A stretch of DNA of 64,000 nucleotides from the human T2T-CHM13v2.0 reference genome, Homo sapiens, in assembly GCF_009914755.1 (NCBI RefSeq), contig NC_060934.1; one strand, written 5' to 3'. This document shows, one piece after another, positions 54,668-64,000 of the stretch. The notes beneath the pieces were generated by a model. It saw only the letters and a list, made by a program, of their open reading frames with translations. It was not told where the DNA came from and did not search any database. Both the position numbers and the translations under genes were made by a program. Position 1 is the stretch's first letter; each line of letters opens with the position of its first letter.

Positions 54668-57600
54668 TTAGACAGAATCATTGTCAGAAACTACTTTGTG
54701 ATGTGTGCGTTCAGCTCACAGAGTTTCACCTTTCTTTTCATAGAGCAGTTTGGAAAGACTCTGTCTGTAATGTCTGCTAGTGAATACTTGGACCCCTTTG
54801 AGGCCTTCGTTGGAAGCGGAATTTTTTCATATACTGCTAGACAGAAGAATTCTCAGTAAATCTTTGTGCTGTGTGTATTCAACACACAGAGTTGAACCAT
54901 CCTTTATCCTGAGCAGTTTTGAAACACTCTTTGTGTGGAATTTGCAAGTGGAGAATTCAAGCGATTTGAGGCCAATCTTAGACATGGAAATATCTTCGTA
55001 GTAAAACTACCCAGAGTTATTCGCAGAAGCTAGTTTCTGATGTGTGCCTTCAACTCACAGAGTTTAACCTTTCTTTTAATAGAGCAGTTTGGAAACTCTC
55101 CATTTGTAAAGTCTGCAAGTGGATATTTGGACCTCTCTGAGGCCTTCGTTGGAAACGGGATTTCTTCATATAACACTAGACAGAAGAATTCTCAGTAACT
55201 TCTTTGTGTTGTGTGTATTCAACTCACAGGGTTGAACCTTTCTTTACAGAGAGCAGATTTGAAACATTCTTTCCGTGGAATATGCTAGTGCAGATTTCAA
55301 ACGCTTCGAGGACAATGGTAGAAAAGGATATATCTTCGTATTAGAACGAGAGAAAATCATTCTCAGAAAACACTTTATAATGTGTGCTTTCAACTCACAG
55401 AGTTTAACCTTTCTTTTAATCGAGCAGTTTGGAAACACTCTCTTTGTAATGTCTGCAAGTGGTTAATTGGCCCTCTTTGAGCCCTTCTTTGGAAACGAGA
55501 TTTCCTCACATAATGCTAGACAGAAGAATTCACAGTAACTTCTTTGTGTTGTTTGTATTCAACTCACGGATTTGAACCTTCCTTTAGAGAGAGCAGATTT
55601 GAAACACTCTTTTTTTGGAATTTGCAAGGGCAGATTTCAAGCTCTTCTAGGCCTATGGCAGAAAAGGAAATATCTTCGTATAAAAACTACACAGAATCAT
55701 TCTCAAGAACTACTTTGTGACATGTGCGTTCAACTCACAGATTTTAACCTTTCTTTTAATCGAGCAGTTTGGAAACACTCTGGTTGTAAAGTCTGCAAGT
55801 GCATATTTGGACTTCTTTGAGGCCTTCGTTGGAAACGGGATTTCTTCATATAGTGCTAGACAGAAGAATTCTCAGTCACTTCTTTGTGTTGTGTGTATTC
55901 AAGTCACAGAGTTGAACCTTCATTTAGACAGAGCAGTTTTGAAAAACTATTTCTGTGGAATTTGCAAGTGGAGATTACATGCGATTTAAGGCCAATCTTT
56001 GAAATGGAAATATCTCCGTGTAAAAACTAGACAGAATCATTCTCAGAAACTACTTTGTGATGTGTGCGTTGAACTCACAGGGTTTAACCTTTCTTTTCAT
56101 AGAGCAGTTTGGAAACACTCTGGTTGTAAAGTCTGCAAGTGCATATTTGGACTTCTTTGAGGCCTTCGTTGGCAATGGGATTTCTTCATATAATGCTAGA
56201 CAGAAGAATTCTCAGTCACCTCTTTGTGTTGTGTGTATTGATCTCACAGATTTGAACCTTCCTTTAGACAGAGCAGTTTTGGAAAACTCTTTCTGTGGAA
56301 TTCGCAAGTGGAGATTTCATGTGATTTGAGGCCAATCTTTGAAATGGAAATATCTTCGTGTAAAATTAGACAGAATCATTGTCAGAAACTACTTTGTGAT
56401 GTGTGCGTTCAGCTCACAGAGTTTCACCTTTCTTTTCATAGAGCAGTTTGGAAAGACTCTGTCTGTAATGTCTGCTAGTGAATATTTGGACCCCTTTGAG
56501 GCCTTCGTTGGAAGCGGAATTTTTTCATATACTGCTAGACAGAAGAATTCTCAGTAAATCTTTGTGCTGTGTGTATTCAACACACAGAGTTGAACCATCC
56601 TTTATCCTGAGCAGTTTTGAAACACTCTTTGTGTGGAATTTGCATGTGGAGAATTCAAGCGATTTGAGGCCAATCTTAGACATGGAAATATCTTCGTAAT
56701 AAAACTACACAGAGTCATTCGCAGAAACTAGTTTCTGATGTGTGCGTTCAACTCACAGAGTTTAACCTTTCTTTTAATAGAGCAGTTTGTAAACACTCTA
56801 TTTGAAAAGTCTGCAAGTGGATATTTGGACCTCTCTGAGGCCTTCGTTGGAAACGGGATTTCTTCATATAACGCTAGACAGAAGAATTCTCAGTAACTTC
56901 TTTCTTTTGTGTGTATTCAACTCACAGGGTTGAACCTTTCTTTACAGAGAGCAGATTTGAAACATTCTTTCCGTTGAATTTGCTAGTGCAGATTTCCAAC
57001 GCTTCGAGGACAATGGTAGAAAAGGATATATCTTCGTATTAGAACGAGAGAAAATCATTCTCAGAAAACACTTTGTAATGTGTGCGTTCAAGTCAGAGAG
57101 TTTAACCTTTCTTTTAACTGAGCAGTTTGGAAACACTCTCTGTGTAATGTCTGCAATTGGTTAATTGGCCCTCTTTGAGCCCTCCTTTGGAAAAGATATT
57201 TCCTCATATAATGCTAGACAGAAGAATTCTCAGTAACTTCTTTGTGTTGTTTTATTCAACTCACGGATTTGAACCTTCCTTTAGAGAGAGCAGATTTGAA
57301 ACACTCTTTTTTTGGAATTTGCAAGGGCAGATTTCAAGCGCTTCTGGGCCTATGGCAGAAAAGGAAATATCTTCGTATAAAAACTACACAGAATCATTCT
57401 CAAGAACCACTTTGTGATGTGTGCGTTCAACTCACAGATTTTAACCTTTCTTTTAATCGAGAAGTTGGGAAACACTCTGTTTGTAAAGTCTGCAAGTGCA
57501 TATTTGGACTTCTTTGAGGCCTTCGTTGGAAACGGGATTTCTTCATATACTGCTAGACAGAAGAATTCTCAGTCACTTCTCTGTGTTGTGTGCATTCAAG

Positions 57601-60600
57601 TCACAGAGTTGACCTTCCTTTAGACAGAGCAGTTTTGAAAAACTCTTTCTGTGGAATTTGCAAGTGGAGATTACATGCGATTTAAGGCCAATCTTTGAAA
57701 TGGAAATATCTCCGTGTAAAAACTAGACAGAATCATTCTCAGAAACTACTTTGTGATGTGTGCATTCAACTCACAGGGTTTAACCTTTCTTTTCATAGAG
57801 CAGTTTGGAAACACTCTGGTTGTAAAGTCTGCAAGTGCATATTTGGACTTCTTTGAGGCCTTCGTTGGAAACGGGATTTCTTCATATAATGCTAGACAGA
57901 AGAATTCTCAGTCACCTCTTTGTGTTGTGTGTATTGATCTCACAGATTTGAACCTTCCTTTAGACAGAGCAGTTTTGGAAAACTCTTTCTGTGGAATTTG
58001 CAAGTGGGGATTTCAAGTGATTTGAGGCCAATCTTTGAAATGGAAATATCTTCGTGTAAAATTTGACAGAATCATTGTCAGAAACTACTTTGTGATGTGT
58101 GCGTTCAGCTCACAGAGTTTCACCTTTCTTTTCATAGAGCAGTTAGGAAAGACTCTGCCTGTAATGTCTGCTAGTGAATATTTGGACCCCTTTGAGGCCT
58201 TCGTTGGAAGCGGAATTTTTTCATATACTGCTAGACAGAAGAATTCTCAGTAAATCTTTTTGCTGTGTGTATTCAACACACAGAGTTGAACCATCCTTTA
58301 TCCTGAGCAGTTTTGAAACACTCTTTGTGTGGAATTTGCAAGTGGAGAATTCAAGCGATTTGAGGCCAATCTTAGACATGGAAATATCTTCGTAGTAAAA
58401 CTACACAGAGTCATTCGCAGAAACTAGTTTCTGATGTGTGCCTTCAACTCACAGAGTTTAACCTTTCTTTTAATAGAGCAGTTTGGAAACACTCTATTTG
58501 TAAAGTCTGCAAGTGGATATTTGGACCTCTCTGAGGCCTTCGTTGGAAACGGGATTTCTTCATATAATGCTAGACAGAAGAATTCTCAGTAACTTCTTTC
58601 TGTTGTGTGTATTCAACTCACAGGGTTGAACCTTTCTTTACAGAGAGCAGATGTGAAACATTCTTTCCGTGGAATTTGCTAGTGCAGATTTCAAACGCTT
58701 CGAGGACAATGGTAGAAAAGGATATATCTTTGTATTAGAACGAGAGAAAATCATTCTCAGAAAACAGTTTGTAATGTGTGAGTTCAAGTCACAGCGTGTA
58801 ACCTTTCTTTTAACTGAGCAGTTTGGAAACACTGTCTTTGTAATGTCTGCAATTGGTTAATTGGCCCTCTTTGAGCCCTCCTTTGGAAACGAGATTTCCT
58901 CATATAATGCTAGACAGAAGAATTCTCAGTAACTTCTGTGTGTTGTTTGTATTCAACTCACGGATTTGAACCTTCCTTTAGAGAGAGCAGATTTGAAACA
59001 CTCTTTTTTTGGAATTTGCAAGTGCAGACTTCAAGCGCTTCTGGGCCTATGGCAGAAAAGGAAATATCTTCGTATAAAACCTACACAGAATCATTCTCAA
59101 GAACCACTTTGTGATGTGTGCGTTCAACTCACAGATTTTAACCTTTCTTTTAAACGAGCAGTTGGGAAACACTCTGTTTGTAAAGTCTGCAAGTGCATAT
59201 TTGGACTTCTTTGAGGCCTTCGTTGGAAACGGGATTTCTTCATATACTGCTACACAGAAGAATTCTCAGTCACTTCTTTGTGTTGTGTGCATTCAAGTCA
59301 CAGAGTTGAACCTTCATTTAGACAGAGCAGTTTTGAAAAACTCTTTCTGTGGAATTTGCAATTGGAGATTACATGCGATTTAAGGCCAATTTTGAAATGG
59401 AAATATCTCCGTGTAAAAACTAGACAGAATCATTCTCAGAAAATACTTTGTGATGTGCGCGTTCAACTCACAGGGTTTAACCTTTCTTTTCATAGAGCAG
59501 TTTGGAAACACTCTGGTTGTAAAGTCTGCAAGTGCATATTTGGACTTCTTTGAGGCCTTCGTTGGAAACGGGATTTCTTCATATAATGCTAGACAGAAGA
59601 ATTCTCAGTCACCTCTTTGTGTTGTGTGTATTGATCTCACAGATTTGAACCTTCCTTTAGACAGAGCAGTTTTGGAAAACTCTTTCTGTGGAATTTGCAT
59701 GTGGAGATTTCAAGTGATTTGAGGCCAATCTTTGAAATGGAAATATCTTCGTGTAAAATTAGACAGAATCATTGTCAGAAACTACTTTGTGATGTGTGCG
59801 TTCAGCTCACAGAGTTTCACCTTTCTTTTCATAGAGCAGTTTGGAAAGACTCTGTCTGTAATGTCTGCTAGTGAATACTTGGACCCCTTTGAGGCCTTCG
59901 TTGGAAGCGGAATTTTTTCATATACTGCTAGACAGAAGAATTCTCAGTAAATCTTTGTGCTGTGTGTATTCAACACACAGAGTTGAACCATCCTTTATCC
60001 TGAGCAGTTTTGAAACACTCATTGTGTGGAAGTTGCAAGTGGAGAATTCAAGCGATTTGAGGCCAATCTTAGACATGGAAATATCTTCGTAGTAAAACTA
60101 CACAGAGTCATTCGCAGGAACTAGTTTCTGATGTGTGCCTTCAACTCACAGAGTTTAACCTTTCTTTTAATAGAGCAGTTTGGAAACTCTCCATTTATAA
60201 AGTCTGCAAGTGGATATTTGGACCTCTCTGAGGCCTTCGTTGGAAACGGGATTTCTTCATATAACACTAGACAGAAGAATTCTCAGTAACTTCTTTCTGT
60301 TGTGTGTATTCAACTCACAGGGTTGAACCTTTCTTTACAGAGAGCAGATTTGAAACATTCTTTCCGTGGAATTTGCTAGTGCAGATTTCAAACGCTTCGA
60401 GGACAATGGTAGAAAAGGATATATCTTCGTATTAAAACGAGAGAAAATCATTCTCAGAAAACACTTTGTAATGTGTGCTTTCAACTCACAGAGTTTAACC
60501 TTTCTTTTAATCGAGCAGTTTGGAAACACTCTCTTTGTAATGTCTGCAATTGGTTAATTGGCCCTCTTTGAGCCCTTCTTTGGAAACGAGATTTCCTCAC

Positions 60601-61456
60601 ATAATGCTAGACAGAAGAATTCTCAGTAACTTCTTTGTGTTGTTTGTATTCAACTCACGGATTTGAACCTTCCTTTAGAGAGAGCAGATTTGAAACACTC
60701 TTTTTTTGGAATTTGCAAGGGCAGATTTCAAGCTCTTCTCGGCCTATGGCAGAAAAGGAAATATCTTCGTATAAAAACTACACAGAATCATTCTCAAGAA
60801 CTACTTTGTGATGTGTGCGTTCAACTCACAGAGTTTAACCTTTCTTTTAATCAAGCAGTTTGGAAACACTCTGTTTGTAAAGTCTGCAAGTGCATATTTG
60901 GACTTCTTTGAGGCCTTCGTTGGAACCGGGATTTCTTCATATACTGCTAGACAGAAGAATTCTCAGTCACTTCTTTGTGTTGTGTGTATTCAAGTCACAG
61001 AGTTGAACCTTCATTTAGACAGAGCAGTTTTGAAAAACTCTTTCTGTGGAATTTGCAAGTGGAGATTACCTGCGATTTAAGGCCAATTTTTGAAATGGAA
61101 ATATCTCCGTGTAAAAACTAGACAGAATCATTCTCAGAAACTACTTTGTGATGTGTGCGTTCAACTCACAGGGTTTAACCTTTCTTTTCGTAGAGCAGTT
61201 TGGAAACACTCTGGTTGTAAAGTCTGCAAGTGCATATTTGGACTTCTTTGAGGCCTTCGTTGGAAATGGGATTTACTCATATAATGCTAGACAGAAGAAT
61301 TCTCAGTCACCTCTTTGTGTTGTGTGTATTGATCTCACAGATTTGAACCTTCCTTTAGACAGAGTAGTTTTGAAAAACTCTTTCTGTGGAATTCGCAAGT
61401 GGAGATTTCATGTGATTTGAGGCCAGTCTTTGAAATGGAAATATCTTCGTGTAAAA
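54668..61456 (+). repeat. Four consecutive 10-mer HOR units
   Basis: Spacings 1698, 1696, 1697, 1698. Each unit has an extra dimer with GAGATTAC(A/C)TGCGATTTAAGG...ATCTCCGTG (~55970, ~57668, ~59366, ~61063). Confidence 0.85.
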
Positions 61457-62814
61457 TTAGACAGAATCATTCTCAGAAACTACTTTGTGATGTGTGCGTT
61501 CAGCTCACAGAGTTTCACCTTTCTTTTCATAGATCAGTTTTGAAAGACTCTCTCTGTAATGTCTGCTACTGAATACTTTGTCCCCTTTGAGGTCTTCGTT
61601 GGAAGCGGAATTTTTTCATATACTGCTGGACAGAATAATTCTCAGTAAAACTTTGTGCTGTGTGTATTCAACACACAGAGTTGAAACATCCTTTATCCTG
61701 AGCAGTTTTGAAACACTCTTTGTGTGGAATTTGCAAGTGGAGAATTCAAGCGATTTGAGGCCAATCTTAGACATGGAAATATCTTCGTAGTAAAACTACA
61801 CAGAGTCATTCGCAGGAACTAGTTTCTGATGTGTGCCTTCAACTCACAGAGTTTAACCTTTCTTTTAATAGAGCAGTTTGGAAACTCTCCATTTGTAAAG
61901 TCTGCAAGTGGATATTTGGACCTCTCTGAGGCCTTCGTTGGAAACGGGATTTCTTCATATAATGCTAGACAGAAGAATTCTCAGTAACTTCTTTGTGTTG
62001 TGTGTATTCATCTCACAGGGTTGGACCTTTCTTTACAGAGAGCAGATTTGAAACATTCTTTCCGTGGAATTTGCTAGTGCAGATTTCAAACGCTTCGAGG
62101 ACAATGGTAGAAAAGGATATATCTTCGTATTAGAACGAGAGAAAATCATTCTCAGAAAACACTTTGTAATGTGTGCGTTCAACTCACAGAGTTTAAACTT
62201 TCTTTTAATCGAGCAGTTTGGAAACACTCTCTTTGTAATGTCTGCAAGTGGTTAATTGGCCCTCTTTGAGCCCTTCTTTGGAAACGAGATTTCCTCATAT
62301 AATGCTAGACAGAAGAATTCTCAGTAACTTTTTTGTGTTGTTTGTATTCAACTCACGGATTTGAACCTTCCTTTAGAGAGAGCAGATTTGAAACACTCTT
62401 TTTTTGGAATTTGCAAGTGCAGACTTCAAGCGCTTCTGGGCCTATGGCAGAAAAGGAAATATCTTCGTATAAAAACTACACAGAATCATTCTCAAGAACC
62501 ACTTTGTGATGTGTGCGTTCAACTCACAGATTTTAACCTTTCTTTTAATCGAGCAGTTTGGAAACACTCTGTTTGTAATGTCTGCAAGTGCATATTTGGA
62601 CTTCTTTGAGGCCTTCGTTGGAAACGGGATTTCTTCATATAATGCTACACAGAAGAATTCTCAGTCACCTCTTTGTGTTGTGTGTATTGATCTCACAGAT
62701 TTGAACCTTCCTTTAGACAGAGCAGTTTTGAAAAACTCTTTCTGTGGAATTTGCAAGTGGAGATTTCAAGTGATTTGAGGCCAATCTTTGAAATGGAAAT
62801 ATCTTCGTGTAAAA
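61457..62814 (+). repeat. 8-mer HOR unit
   Basis: 1,358-bp spacing (62064 to 63422; ~61430 to 62788); the extra dimer is absent. Confidence 0.85.
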
Positions 62815-64000
62815 TTAGACAGAATCATTGTCAGAAATTACTTTGTGATGTGTGCGTTCAGCTCACAGAGTTTCACCTTTCTTTTCATAGAGCAGTTTGG
62901 AAAGACTCTGTTTGTAATGTCTGCTAGTGAATACTTGGACCCCTTTGAGGCCTTCTTTGGAAGTGGAATTTTTTCATATACTGCTAGACAGAAGAATTCT
63001 CATTAAATCTTTGTGCTGTGTGTATTCAACACACAGAGTTGAACAATCCTTTATCCTGAGCAGTTTTGAAACACTCTTTGTGTGGAATTTGCAAGTGGAG
63101 AATTCAAGAGATTTGAGGCCAATCTTAGACATGGAAATATCTTCGTAGTAAAACTACACAGAGTCATTCGCAGAAACTAGTTTCTGATGTGTGCCTTCAA
63201 CTCACAGAGTTTAACCTTTCTTTTAATAGAGCAGTTTGGAAACACTCTATTTGTAAAGTCTGCAAGTGGATATTTGGACCTCTCTGAGGCCTTCGTTGGA
63301 AACGGGATTTCTTCATATAACGCTAGACAGAAGAATTCTGAGTAACTTCTTTGTGTTGTGTGTATTCAACTCACAGGTTTGAACCTTTCTTTACAGAGAG
63401 CAGATTTGAAACATTCTTTCTGTGGAATTTGCTAGTGCAGATTTCAAACGCTTCGAGGACAATGGTAGAAAAGGATATATCTTCGTATTAGAACGAGAGA
63501 AAATCATTCTCAGAAAACAGTTTGTAATGTGTGCGTTCAAGTCACAGAGTTTAACCTTTCTTTTAACTGAGCAGTTTGGAAACACTCTCTTTGTAATGTC
63601 TGCAAGTGGTTAATTGGCCCTCTTTGAGCCCTCCTTTGGAAATGAGATTTCCTCATATAATGCTAGACAGAAGAATTCTCAGTAACTTCTTTGTGTTGTT
63701 TGTATTCAACTCACGGATTTGAACCTTCCTTTAGAGAGAGCAGATTTGAAACACTCTTTTTTTGGAATTTGCAAGTGCAGACTTCAAGCGCTTCTGGGCC
63801 TATGGCAGAAAAGGAAATATCTTCGCATAAAAACTACACAGAATCATTCTCAAGAACCACTTTGTGATGTGTGCGTTCAACTCACACATTTTAACCTTTC
63901 TTTTAATCGAGCAGTTGGGAAACACTCTGTTTGTAAAGTCTGCAAGTGCATATTTGGACTTCTTTGAGGCCTTCGTTGGAAACGGGATTTCTTCATATAC

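Larger units (their letters stand above)
1..64000 (+). repeat. Centromeric alpha-satellite array, SF1-like dimeric (~340-bp EcoRI dimer), single orientation
   Basis: Alphoid motifs (CATTCTCAGAAACT, TTCAACTCACAGAGTT, GAGCAGTTTGGAAACAC) recur every ~170 bp. GAAGAATTC recurs about every 340 bp. CENP-B-box positions alternate with A-type monomers. ORF-marker periodicity never breaks, so there is no insertion. Confidence 0.98.
53310..64000 (+). repeat. Second, related HOR array with mixed 8-mer (1,358 bp) and 10-mer (1,696-1,698 bp) units; D10Z1/S1C10H1L-like (tentative)
   Basis: The marker TTGAAATGGAA(A/C)TATCTTCGTGTAAAATT occurs at 53283, 54641, 56339, 58035, 59732, ~61430 and 62788, giving spacings 1358, 1698, 1696, 1697, 1698, 1358. 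Diagnostic motifs absent from the left array: CATTGTCAG, AGAACGAGAGAAAATC, CCTTTATCCTGAGC, GGAGAATTCAAG. Confidence 0.9.

Noticed and set aside
640-63967. About 180 short ORFs (63-112 aa), some Cys-rich with CxxC-like motifs (CKVCKC, CDVC)
   Set aside because: They recur with HOR periodicity, mostly begin at TTG/GTG, overlap in several frames and are freely broken by indels and stops. They are translation artefacts of alpha satellite, not zinc-finger genes.
1-64000. CRISPR-like regularly spaced conserved motifs
   Set aside because: The intervening sequences are homologous alphoid monomers, not unique spacers, and there are no cas genes.
1-64000. Hidden transposon insertion (L1/Alu), inversion or non-satellite island
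   Set aside because: Marker spacings stay within a few bp of whole-monomer multiples throughout. There is no poly-A tail, target-site duplication or strand switch.
1-64000. Firm chromosome or HOR name (chr10 S1C10H1-B / D10Z1)
   Set aside because: Kept only as tentative. SF1 8-mer and 10-mer HORs also exist on chr12 and chr16, so alignment to the T2T censat annotation is required.

Overview
The whole 64 kb is uninterrupted, same-orientation human/great-ape-type alpha-satellite DNA. It has ~170-bp monomers in a ~340-bp EcoRI dimer, with a CENP-B-box position in every second monomer (suprachromosomal family 1-like). I found no credible genes, transposons or CRISPR arrays; the ORF track is an artefact of the repeat. 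Positions 1 to ~53,290 hold ~22.4 copies of a very homogeneous 2,375-bp 14-monomer higher-order repeat (HOR). At ~53,270-53,310 the array switches abruptly, inside one hybrid dimer, to a related but more heterogeneous array of 8-mer (1,358 bp) and 10-mer (~1,697 bp) units. From memory, and unverified, this resembles the chromosome 10 sister-HOR/D10Z1 boundary. The signals of interest are structural and evolutionary: the 14-mer equals a 10-mer plus a duplicated tetramer, the two arrays have reciprocal CENP-B box maps, there are nested multi-HOR duplications (7.1, 23.7 and 35.6 kb on the left; 5.1 and 9.5 kb on the right), and edge copies keep ancestral-like alleles. I found no evidence of a novel gene system.
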